Source of the DNA: an uncultured Methanosarcinales archaeon
GTDB taxonomy: Archaea; Halobacteriota; Methanosarcinia; Methanotrichales; Methanotrichaceae
NCBI GenBank assembly: GCA_963843555.1
Contig: CAWJKV010000009.1
Coordinates: forward strand, 1 to 64,000
DNA length: 64,000 nucleotides
Reading direction: 5' to 3'
Shown here: in pieces, positions 1 through 9,139 of the stretch
How the letters are laid out: the number at the start of each line of letters is the position of its first letter
How positions within the stretch are numbered: position 1 is the first letter of the stretch
Notes under the pieces: model-generated
Told to the model about the DNA's origin: nothing
Database searches by the model: none
Seen by the model: the letters and a program-made list of their open reading frames with translations, nothing else
Program-made: the position numbers and the translations under genes

Positions 1-1086
1 TGCCATCGCCATCCGTGGGTAGGTAGTTATGGAACTTCACACGCACGGGAACGCCCCTCTCCACCACAATCGACGGACCCAGGTACTGAGTTTCATTATG
101 GGCAAACACAGGCAGGTTTGTTGTAGCGTTCTTTATGGCAGTGCCGTTGGGGTACTTCAGAGGGATGTGCCTGCTTGTGGCCGCGTTCTTAGGGGTCTCA
201 AGCTGCACGTATCCCCGCAGGGTAGTTTTGGGGATGTCCTTATGCATCTTCTCGGAGTACTGCACGACTGCGATCTCATAATAATCGCTGCCCGGATAGG
301 TTGTCTTATCCGGAATCGCAACCGGTATGTACTGTCCAAGGTCGTTCATTCCAGAGGCCGTCAGACCCGGCAGCGAATCGACGAATTTCCTTATGCCGCC
401 GGTTAGAGGACCGCCTATCGATGCCGTTGCGCTGGCGGGATTTGTATTTGTGCCGGTGATAGTGACAACAGGAGCGGTATATCCACTGCCACCTGAATTC
501 ACTGTGATGCTGGTTATAACGCCTCCTGCACCAAGCACTGGCGCGACATTAGCGCTGGTAACGCCGACGTTGTTGTAGGCATCCGTAACGGTGACTACAG
601 GTGCTGTGTAGCCGCTGCCTCCGTCCGTGACCGCAATACTAGTTATAACTCCCTTAGGCATCGGGCTGTTGGCCCAGTTCGCGTACGGGCCGAAATAATG
701 CGGTACCCCGCCGGGATTGAGGGCAAGCGGAGCGATGAGGAGCGCCGAGAGGAGCGGCAAGAGCTTGGGCCCTAGCCTGGGCCGAAGCCGGTTCATAGAT
801 CTCGTTGAAACGCTCGGCTGCGGCCTCCCTCTCCTCAGGTGTTGGCCTTTCTAGTCCTGAAGTGGAGTTCAGTACCAGGGGATGCGCCATTTGCACTGAG
901 GGTCTGGCTGTCGGATACGTTGATCACATTGCTGACGGAATCATCGCCCTGAGCAGCGCTGTTGATCGACATCAATATAAGAAGTAGCATCCCGGCAAAA
1001 AGAAATACTCCGGCAAAACCGATGCCAAAAAAGCTTGTTCCCTTTAATTTATGCCCGTTCTTCGTGGATAGGTTACTGACTTTCAT
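1..1086 (-). CDS. Large secreted multicopper-oxidase-family (CotA/bilirubin-oxidase-like) protein, 5' part only; two apparent frameshifts; runs off the window
   Basis: Hand translation across three frames gives a signal peptide (MKVSNL...FLFAGMLLLILMSINSAA), two GGSGYTAP modules, then GGIRKFVDSLPG...YIPVAIPDKTTYPGSDYYEIAVVQY..KMH...TTLRGY...YLGPSIVVERGVPVRVKFHNYLP, typical of cupredoxin domain 1. AAGGAG precedes the ATG at 1086. Copper-ligand motifs lie outside the window. Confidence 0.7.
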
Positions 1087-1195
1087 ATCATACTCCTTTA
1101 AGGTCTTAGATCGTAACACAAGGATATTAAGAATTGAATCAATGGATTCTTGCTACAAAGCCATCACCCCATTCCGGTGGTCTGGATCCATGTTG

Positions 1196-1445
1196 AAAGC
1201 ATAGACTAAATATTTTTTGATTGAATATAAAGATGTCGCTTTCACACCACACAAAAGACCTGAGAGGAAAAAAATAATTTTTAATTTATCAATTTATTTA
1301 ATTTTAAAAAAATATTTTTAGTAGCCCGTCAGATCTCCTCCGCAGCGCGCCAGAACTATTCGATCATTCCTGGAGTTCCGGGAAATGCCGCAGAATATTT
1401 GTGATCTGGACATAGTATAGTACGATATTATCGTGTCTTTGATTC
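1196..1445 (-). promoter_or_regulatory. Upstream non-coding block, copy 1 (similar to 5431-5680)
   Basis: aaagcatagactaaatattttttgattgaatataaagatgtcgctttca matches aaagtataaactaatatatctcgattgaagataaagacgttgctttca; ccgtcagatctcctccgc...cagaactat...cctgga matches ccgtcggtatctcctccgc...cagaactat...cctgga. Confidence 0.7.
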
Positions 1446-1584
1446 TGGATTCAAGGCAGTTTTTAAGGTCGAATATTGAAGATTTCTTTAATCTATGGCC
1501 AAGAATTTCTTAGGAACGAACCGAAATAGTGGCAAATGGCCTCTACATTCTCCATGTTACCGATTTTCTTGAATATCATCTTTT

Positions 1585-2346
1585 CTATCCCTTCTTTATC
1601 TCAGCCAGATCATTGATAATTTCTACGTACTGCCGGACCAGGGATTTACTCATCTCCAGCTCAGAAGCTATATTCTCCGCGGGAATCCCATCGCCATGAA
1701 GCTTTAGAACCTTTTTGTAACCCTTGATGTACCGATCGCATGCTTCTTCGCTATGGGAAGTCCTCCGCGCGATCTCAGGAGTTGGGACGTTCCTAACAAA
1801 CTGCTGAATGATTATCTTCTTGTGAGTCAGTGTCGGACCGATATCATGAATAGTCCCACGGTACGGCAGGATAACGCCTCGCTCCAGTTGGAATTCTCTG
1901 ATGTCCTTGCCGATAGTGCCTGCACTCACTCCAATCAAGAGACTCACATCTGCTTGGTTCAGGACTCCATCCTGCTCATATGCTTCACGGAGTATCCTAG
2001 CCACCTTGCACTTTCGGATCTCTTTGGCAGAGTAACCATCAAGCCTCAGCTTCAAGTCATCCTGACTAGCGATGGACAAAATTACGGGAACCATCTTGGT
2101 GTTCTCGATGGTCTTATTCCGGCCGGGATATTCGTCTTTATGTGCCGCCCACCATACAACCTGACCGGCATCAAGCTTCCATCCGTCTTTTAGATGCCTG
2201 TTGAACTCTTCAAGCAGGTCTCTGATGAACATATCCTGGATTTTGTCACCTCCAAGAAACTTGTATTCCTGGTTGAGCATCTGCTTCACGGAGTTGGCGA
2301 ACCCTTTGTACTTTCGGAGCATTCGCTCTGCATTTGAATCTTTCAT
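1585..2346 (-). CDS. DUF1670-like protein with HTH-like segments (downstream gene of pair)
   Basis: Motifs EAYEQDGVLNQADVSLLIG, PYRGTIHDIGPTLTHK and IARRTSHSEEACDRY. The ATG at 2346 overlaps the upstream TGA (ATGA) and has GGAGTGA upstream; the ORF track starts at 2376. Confidence 0.75.
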   Translation of the reverse strand: MKDSNAERMLRKYKGFANSVKQMLNQEYKFLGGDKIQDMFIRDLLEEFNRHLKDGWKLDAGQVVWWAAHKDEYPGRNKTIENTKMVPVILSIASQDDLKLRLDGYSAKEIRKCKVARILREAYEQDGVLNQADVSLLIGVSAGTIGKDIREFQLERGVILPYRGTIHDIGPTLTHKKIIIQQFVRNVPTPEIARRTSHSEEACDRYIKGYKKVLKLHGDGIPAENIASELEMSKSLVRQYVEIINDLAEIKKG

Positions 2347-3179
2347 GAGTTCATCACTCCGTTGCTTTCTTGCCAAGGTATTGAGCTTTTTTTCAAGGGC
2401 AATGGCTCAGCAAGAATCTGCTGAAGCCTGATTTGGGATTCTGGATGATCTTTGCACGTCTCGTAAAGATCCAGATATTCCTTAACGAGCCTCTCGGACA
2501 TGTCAGTCAGTTCGCGTATTTCAGGCAAAGAATATCCACGACAGTGGAATCGAACTGATTTAGCGAAGCCCACAAGATACCTTTGAACAGAGAAGCCGGA
2601 ATGGCCTGTCTTGCGCTCGATGTCTGTGTATTCGTAACCTTCGAGCCACATCTTCACTACTTTCGATTTGTGTGTTACTCCTGGACCAATATCTTGAAGT
2701 GTTCCGCGGGTAGGAACATCGATATCCTGTTGTTTCAACTCCTTGACATCGCGTCTGATCGTTCTTCTGGAGCTGCAGAGAAGGACCGCCAGATCCTCTT
2801 GTGTCAGAAGACCGCCTTGATCCAAAGCCTCGCTTGACATGCGAAGAATTTTATGCTTTCGCAAACCGGAAGTGCCTTTCTCGGTTAGGATGTTCATATC
2901 GTTTCTATCATGAAACGTTAGATGGACCGGGACTGATTTAATCTCCGAGAGCCTTTTTCCAGGAGGCTCTGATGCAGAGGCAGCATAGAAGGTTATCTGA
3001 CCTTCATGAAGCTTCTCACCAAAGGTTTCATTGAGAAAATCCCACATCAGATTTACCAGGGATCGGCAGGTAGCTTTCGGGAAGCTATAATCTGCTTCAA
3101 GTGTTTGGAACAACCTTTGCTGAGCACTCCTCACCCAGGGGCCTTTGTAAACCAGATCAGTCTCATCTACTTGTACCAT
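2343..3179 (-). CDS. DUF1670-like protein (upstream gene of pair)
   Basis: Motifs EALDQGGLLTQEDLAVLL, PTRGTLQDIGPGVTHK and IERKTGHSGFSVQRY; clear paralog of its neighbour. Likely ATG at 3179 after GGTGG; the ORF track extends to 3263. Confidence 0.75.
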   Translation of the reverse strand: MVQVDETDLVYKGPWVRSAQQRLFQTLEADYSFPKATCRSLVNLMWDFLNETFGEKLHEGQITFYAASASEPPGKRLSEIKSVPVHLTFHDRNDMNILTEKGTSGLRKHKILRMSSEALDQGGLLTQEDLAVLLCSSRRTIRRDVKELKQQDIDVPTRGTLQDIGPGVTHKSKVVKMWLEGYEYTDIERKTGHSGFSVQRYLVGFAKSVRFHCRGYSLPEIRELTDMSERLVKEYLDLYETCKDHPESQIRLQQILAEPLPLKKSSIPWQESNGVMNS

Positions 3180-3483
3180 CTGTCCCACCAATGCTTGAAT
3201 TTGCACGCGAAGATACTTTAATGTAGGGGACATTTGGACGGATAGTAAATCATCAATATACACGGGTCAGCATCGGAAAGAGGGTTGCCCGAATAGTTTT
3301 CTTGACCCAAAGCTAATTTATTTGTTAGATGACCTAGATATCGATAAAAGGGCTATACCACATTGGTGACCTTGGGGAGAGGAGCAATCTAATAAAATAA
3401 CCTTTTGCTGTTTTCCGTATTGGGCTGTCGAACTATCACCACACGGCTCACCAACCAATCCTCATTCAGCAATGGAATTGTCC

Positions 3484-3514
3484 AAAAAAGTGCTGGAGCT
3501 GTTGTCAGCTCCAG
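3484..3514 (-). terminator. Hairpin plus T-tract terminator of the 3505-5319 gene
   Basis: Perfect 9-bp stem ctggagctg-ttgt-cagctccag (3493-3514) followed on the - strand by T6 (3484-3489). Confidence 0.6.
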
Positions 3515-5319
3515 AGGCCTATTACAGGTTTATCGCCGTTAGATCCAAAGGTTACAATTTTATCGGCTAACCCATCCAGGTCGTTGTCCAGGTGGAACAT
3601 CTGGGTAGAATCCCTGAAGATACCAACCCCATATCTTCCGTCTCCGTCCCAGTCCCCGGAGATGGGCTTATCACCGGCGTTTCCGTAGACAAAGCTCTTA
3701 TCGGCAATTCCATCCAAATTGTTGTCCAAATAGAACATTTGGACTGAACCTCTGTAGACACCTACTCCATCCAGACCATCTCCATCCCAATCTCCAGAGA
3801 GGGGTACATCGTCAATATTTCCTAAAGCAAAGATCTTGTCTGCAATTCCATCCAAATTGTTGTCCAGGTAGAACCTGCGGTCTGAGTTCCTATAGACACC
3901 TACTCCATCCAGACCATCTCCGTCCCAATCTCCTGAGATTGGTTTATCTCCGGCAAGTCCGAAGACAAAGTTCCGGTCGGCAATTCCATCTAGATTGTCG
4001 TCGAGGAAGAATCTCTGGTTTGAGTCCCTGAATTGACCTACTCCATCCCGACCGTCCGCGTTCCAATCTCCTGAGATGGGTTTATCACCGGCAAGTCCAA
4101 AGACAAAGCTCCAATCGGTGACACCATCCAGATTGTAGTCCAGGTAGAACATCTGGTTTGACGGCCTGAAGACGCCGATTCCGTCAGCTCGGGGTCTGGG
4201 TATAGCCGGTATTGCCGGTGTAGCTGTCATAGCTGTTACTGTATTGGAGAAGGCAGACTTTGCGTACTCTCCAGGGTAGCCCACCACAGCAGCCGGATAA
4301 GCCCTGTCTCCGACCACATTGAAAGCCTGTACTCTGTAGTAGTAGGTTATACCCGGCGCAGCTGAAGTATCAATGTATGACACCACATTGGGTCCAATTG
4401 CGATGTTCGACAGACCCGCTGTGAAGCCGGGATTTGTTGCTCTCTGCAAAAGGAAACCGGATTCACTGGCAGAGTTGTCCGTCCAGCTCAAGATCACGTA
4501 TGGACCAACCCTGGCCATGAGGTTGGATGGAGCCCTCGGCTCTGCTACAAAATCAACCCCGTACATCTTGTCCATCTCTTCGTTAGAGAAAAGATGGCAG
4601 TAATAGACATAGTCCCTGCCATAGTCTGGCATGGCAGGATCAACAAGACGTTCGCCGTACCCTCCCGGCTCTACCTCATAATAGTCGCATCCTAATAACT
4701 TGATCTCAGTGATGACACCTCCGACAACAGTTGCTTTTCCTGCTGCCTGCGTCGCGGCTCCGCCACCCAGGAATGTGATGACCGGATTTGGAGAATAGCC
4801 GCTGCCGCCACTGATCATTGTGATTCTGGTAACAGTGCCGCCGGAAACCGTTGCCGCAGCACTGGCTCCGCGACCGGTGTTATCGGTGATGTAAATTGCA
4901 GGTGCTGAGGTGTAACCTTTGCCTCCTGGCGGATATGTCATCGTTTCCGGAATTGCAGCCGGAATATACTGTGGCAGGCTGTTCATGTTAGCCGCTCCCG
5001 GGCCTGGTTGCGAGACCATGAACTTTCTGGTGCCCCCGACTGGTGTACCGTACATCCCGGCGGTTGCTGTTGCTTTCCCACCAGTTGCATCAACATACTG
5101 CCAGGAATCGAGGGTGACGCCGTCATAAAGCATCTGGTTGTACGGTTCGCTAAATGCTGCGCCGGGAGATGGATTGACCTGGCTGGCGACACTGCTGCTG
5201 AGAAATAGCACCACAAACAGTATTCCCGCAGCAAGCAACACTGCAGTAGATCCCAATCCAATATGGATTGAGCTCTTCGCTCTGGTCTTGTTCTTGGAAG
5301 ACATATGACATGAGTTCAT
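3505..5319 (-). CDS. Secreted protein: vestigial multicopper-oxidase termini, GGxGY modules, FN3 domain and C-terminal FG-GAP-like repeats
   Basis: Signal peptide; GGTRKFMVSQPG...QYIPAAIPETMTYP is homologous to the gene at 1-1086; YVYYCHLFSNEEMDKM; FN3 (APSNL...LSWTDNS...YYYRVQAFN); repeats of GDKPISGDWDGDGxDGVGVYR. Confidence 0.8.
   Translation of the reverse strand: MNSCHMSSKNKTRAKSSIHIGLGSTAVLLAAGILFVVLFLSSSVASQVNPSPGAAFSEPYNQMLYDGVTLDSWQYVDATGGKATATAGMYGTPVGGTRKFMVSQPGPGAANMNSLPQYIPAAIPETMTYPPGGKGYTSAPAIYITDNTGRGASAAATVSGGTVTRITMISGGSGYSPNPVITFLGGGAATQAAGKATVVGGVITEIKLLGCDYYEVEPGGYGERLVDPAMPDYGRDYVYYCHLFSNEEMDKMYGVDFVAEPRAPSNLMARVGPYVILSWTDNSASESGFLLQRATNPGFTAGLSNIAIGPNVVSYIDTSAAPGITYYYRVQAFNVVGDRAYPAAVVGYPGEYAKSAFSNTVTAMTATPAIPAIPRPRADGIGVFRPSNQMFYLDYNLDGVTDWSFVFGLAGDKPISGDWNADGRDGVGQFRDSNQRFFLDDNLDGIADRNFVFGLAGDKPISGDWDGDGLDGVGVYRNSDRRFYLDNNLDGIADKIFALGNIDDVPLSGDWDGDGLDGVGVYRGSVQMFYLDNNLDGIADKSFVYGNAGDKPISGDWDGDGRYGVGIFRDSTQMFHLDNDLDGLADKIVTFGSNGDKPVIGLWS
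3508..4190 (-). repeat. About five ~46-aa intragenic repeats (FG-GAP-like, likely Ca-binding beta-propeller blades)
   Basis: Recurrent FYLDNNLDGIADKxFVFGxAGDKPISGDWDGDG units at ~138-bp period. Confidence 0.8.
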
Positions 5320-5430
5320 ATATTATTCCTCTAGGATTTTTTACATTATATGGAAAGGATCTTACGAATTGAATCACCAGAAGACTGGTACAAAGCTCCA
5401 GTCTCATTCGTCTGGTTACATCTATGCAAC

Positions 5431-5680
5431 AAAGTATAAACTAATATATCTCGATTGAAGATAAAGACGTTGCTTTCATATTACCTTCATAGAAATAAGA
5501 GTACAAAAACAATTTGTAAATTTATAGAAATTATTTAGATTTATTTAAAATTATTCTTATGAGCTCCGTCGGTATCTCCTCCGCTTCTCCTCAGAACTAT
5601 GTCTTCTTCCCTGGAAGCTGCCTTGAAATGTTATAGTGTATTGCGATCTTGATCGTGAACATAGTCAATATCAGATTCCG
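5431..5680 (-). promoter_or_regulatory. Upstream non-coding block, copy 2
   Basis: Colinear similarity to 1196-1445, at nearly the same distance (~110 bp) from the start codon. Confidence 0.7.
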
Positions 5681-5696
5681 GACAGGGATCACAATA

Positions 5697-6641
5697 TCAT
5701 TTACCTTTAATCAATAGCCTTGCTTTCTGCAAATAGAGTTCATAATTTCTCCGCCTTCCAGTTCCCTGTGGCAGCAGAGAGCATATGAGATGGAAATGCA
5801 ACCACATCACTGTCTGCCACACGATGCTCCTCTGCATTTCCGCGATCTCATTCTGCAAAGCATTTATGTATGCCCGTTCATCTCGCTGGATCTCGGCCAA
5901 AATGGCAAATTGGCTGAGAAGAAACGCGCTATCATCTTTTATATCATTGAAATATTTCTTTAATAATAGAACTCTTGCAATGCAGAGTGCATTGATGTCG
6001 GTTGATATCCCTTCAGTGGAATAATATCTGCAAAGAGGCTCCTTGATATGATAGAACTCATATCTCTTGGATAGCCTTATAAAAAACTCCAGGTCTATAA
6101 ATCTGGGAAAGCTTTCGTCAAAGAGCCCCACTTCATTGAAGCACTCCCTCTTTATCATGGCCGACTGAATTCCCAGGCCAGCCACCTGATAATCCAGAGT
6201 CTCCTGGTTTACAATGCATCCCTTCCTCACCGTGGGCGAGGTCCAATAATAGCTCCTGCCGTCTTCGCCAATACGCAGCATATCCACATATACTATGCCC
6301 GCATCACGCCCCGCTCCCTTGAATGCCTCAATCTGTCTCTCCAATTTTTCCGGCAGCCATTCGTCATCGCTATCCTGAAAGGCGATGTACTCTGCGCATG
6401 AAGCCCCAATACCCGTGTTCCTTGCAGCCCCCGCCCCCCGGTTCGCCTCATGTCTGATGTACTTTATTCTGCCGTCATCAAGGCTATTCACAATCTTTTC
6501 TATATCTTCTGTCGAGCCGTCATCCACTACTATCAGCTCTAAATCCCTTAAGCTCTGGTTCAGAACGCTCAGTATGGCTCTCTTTATCAGATGACCTCTA
6601 TTGTAGATGGGCAGGATGACGCTAACTTCAGGGCAAATCAT
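5697..6641 (-). CDS. Glycosyltransferase family 2
   Basis: VSVILPIYNR, LIVVDDGSTE, AARNTG, IAFQDSDD. Confidence 0.92.
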   Translation of the reverse strand: MICPEVSVILPIYNRGHLIKRAILSVLNQSLRDLELIVVDDGSTEDIEKIVNSLDDGRIKYIRHEANRGAGAARNTGIGASCAEYIAFQDSDDEWLPEKLERQIEAFKGAGRDAGIVYVDMLRIGEDGRSYYWTSPTVRKGCIVNQETLDYQVAGLGIQSAMIKRECFNEVGLFDESFPRFIDLEFFIRLSKRYEFYHIKEPLCRYYSTEGISTDINALCIARVLLLKKYFNDIKDDSAFLLSQFAILAEIQRDERAYINALQNEIAEMQRSIVWQTVMWLHFHLICSLLPQGTGRRRNYELYLQKARLLIKGK

Positions 6642-6719
6642 CTCTTCTTTGGTACGAACGGCTATTTTATATATTTGACTGAGAAGTCTCTAAACTTGAT
6701 AATCGACTGAGGAGAAAAG

Positions 6720-7998
6720 ATGAAGGTCTCTGTGATTGGAGCAGGCTATGTCGGTCTGAGCTCTTCACTATGCCTGGCTGAACTGGGCCATGATGTCATT
6801 CAGATAGATATCGATCTGCAAAAGGTAGAGGCTATAAATTCCGGCCGGTCCCCCCTCAATGAACCGGGATTCAATGATCTCCTCAGCCGCCACTCCGGGC
6901 ACCGCCTCAAGGCAACCACAGACTATGGTCCTATATCCGCGTCGGAGGTCTGCATCATTTGCGTAGATACGCCCTCGAGCCGAGAAGGAGAGTCCGACCT
7001 CTCTCGGATCAAGTCGGCCTGCAAATCCATTGGGTATAGCCTCAGGAATAGTCATAGCTATCATTTAATCGTCGTGAAGAGCACAGTGCCTCCCGGCACA
7101 ACTCAATCTCTGATCAGGCCCTCGGTGCTGGAGGCATGCGGCGAAAATCCCAAGTATAGGATTCGCCGTGAATCCCGAGTTTCTCAGGGAAGGCCAGGCC
7201 CTGAAGGATTTCATGAATCCGGACCGCATAGTCATCGGCTGCTGGGACCACAAGGCCGCTGATATTCTGGAGAAGGTTTATGAAGGCATAAAATCTCCAG
7301 TCGTTAAGACAGATCCGTTGACGGCAGAGATGATCAAGTACGCTTCAAATGCCTTTCTCGCAACCAAGATATCATTCTCCAATGAAATCGGCAATATCTG
7401 CAAGAGACTTGGCCTGGATGTCTACGAGGTGATGCGCGGCGTGGGTCTGGATCATCGCATCTCGCCATATGCACTCAATGCAGGAATCGGCTTTGGCGGA
7501 AGCTGCCTTCCCAAGGACCTTCGATCTCTGATCTATCTTGCGGAAAATCTGGGCGAAAATCCCAGGCTGTTGAAATCCGTTCAAGAGGTAAACAATCACC
7601 AGCCGGAGAGGATCATAGAATTGCTCGAAAAAAGATTGGGAGATCTGAGAGAGAAGAGAGTTGCGGTCCTGGGGATCGCGTTCAAAGGTGACACAGACGA
7701 TGTGCGGGACTCAAGAGCCATACCCGTAATCAAGGAGCTTCTGGAAAGAAATGCATCCGTCGCGGCTTACGATCCAGTGGCTCTGAATAATATGAAATTA
7801 TTGATCGGCAATATGGATCATTTGGAGTATTGCTCCAGCGCAGCTGAGGCTCTTCAGGATGCAGATGCCTGTCTGGTTCTGGCTGAATGTCCTCTTTTCG
7901 CAGATTTGGATAGGGAATTTGATTTAATGAGGTCCAGGATAATAATTGAAGGTAGGAGAATTCTCGAATTTTCAGAAAAAGAGGGGATATGCTGGTAG
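6720..7998 (+). CDS. UDP-glucose/GDP-mannose dehydrogenase family; frameshift near 7150
   Basis: VIGAGYVG, VKSTVPPGTT, NPEFLREG, KYASNAFLA and GFGGSCLPKD across ORFs 6720-7262 and 7168-7998. Confidence 0.9.
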
Positions 7999-8045
7999 AG
8001 GCTGAACTGCCATTGCCATCGAAGCCTGGATTTGGCGGAACGGGA

Positions 8046-8990
8046 ATGGATTATGCCATCCTTGCAGATTGGGAGATTAACAGATTTTGCAACTTCAAGT
8101 GCCAGTACTGTTTCGATGGGTGCGAAGGCGGATCAGACTTGCAAAGAAAGAGTTTCAAAGGGCATAATATTTCAAAAATAATAAAGGCATTTAACAACTT
8201 CGACCTGATTTGGTGGATTCATATGAGCGGTGGCGAGCCTTTTATCCAGCCGGATTTTGTGAATCTTTGCAAAGGACTTGAAAAGCATTACATAAGCTTT
8301 AACACTAATTTGAGCGCAAATAATATTGGTGATTTTGCTGAAAACGTTAATCCGAAACGTGTGGCCTTTCTACACTGTTCATTGCATATCGATGAGCGAA
8401 AACGCCTCGACTTGGTGCCAGACTTCATCGAAAAATACCATCTATTGAAGAATTGCGGCTTCAACGCCTACATTACTCAGGTTATGCATCCTCCAATCAT
8501 AAAAAGGTTCGACAAATTATTCAACTACTTTTTGGAGAAGGGACTTATCATCCGGCCGAAGACATTCCGGGGATACTATCATGGCAGGCTCTATCCTGCC
8601 GGTTATTCGATCCAGGAGAGACGATGTATCCAGAAATACTCCAGGCTTTCTGAAGAACTGTCTCCTTTGGATATGGCAACTCAAATTGATCCCCGGTTGG
8701 ATAAGGAGTTTCTCGAGGGAGATTTATCCTTCAAGGGTGTTCTGTGCAATGCAGGCAGGAAATCTGTCACTATTTCCTGCAATGGAGATGTGAGAAGATG
8801 TCACGGCTCATCAGCCAGAATGGGTAACATCTTCGAGGGAAAAATAGAATTCCTCCCGGAAGCCAAAATATGCTGCAGCGACATTTGCCCCTGTCCATAT
8901 TATGGTCTGAATTTTTCATTGGGTGACGCAAGAATAATTAAAAATAGAAAAATTATAGATAGACTGAAATATGCATTGAGTTATGGATAA
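8046..8990 (+). CDS. Radical SAM protein with C-terminal Cys-rich (twitch/SPASM-like) domain
   Basis: CNFKCQYC (CxxxCxxC), SGGEP, C-terminal CNAG...GDVRRC...CCSDICPC; start could be 7989 or 8046. Confidence 0.85.
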   Translation: MDYAILADWEINRFCNFKCQYCFDGCEGGSDLQRKSFKGHNISKIIKAFNNFDLIWWIHMSGGEPFIQPDFVNLCKGLEKHYISFNTNLSANNIGDFAENVNPKRVAFLHCSLHIDERKRLDLVPDFIEKYHLLKNCGFNAYITQVMHPPIIKRFDKLFNYFLEKGLIIRPKTFRGYYHGRLYPAGYSIQERRCIQKYSRLSEELSPLDMATQIDPRLDKEFLEGDLSFKGVLCNAGRKSVTISCNGDVRRCHGSSARMGNIFEGKIEFLPEAKICCSDICPCPYYGLNFSLGDARIIKNRKIIDRLKYALSYG

Positions 8991-9139
8991 AATCTGGATC
9001 GGTTTGAATGGCCGATACAAAGTCGTGCGCCCATACATTCCAGTTGAGACGCCAGGAGATTATCGCACATGATAACAGCTATCCGGATCTTCAGCTTCTT
9101 CAGACCACACCAGCCTCGCGTGCAACTGCCGCCCTTCCC

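Noticed and set aside
29..987. Short + strand ORFs at the window start
   Set aside because: They are antisense to the multicopper-oxidase-like gene and have no motifs.
1445..3490. Terminal inverted repeats or target-site duplication around the DUF1670-like pair
   Set aside because: Only short matches (ttttcttga; ccga(a)atagt) were found by eye, which is not enough to call an IS element.
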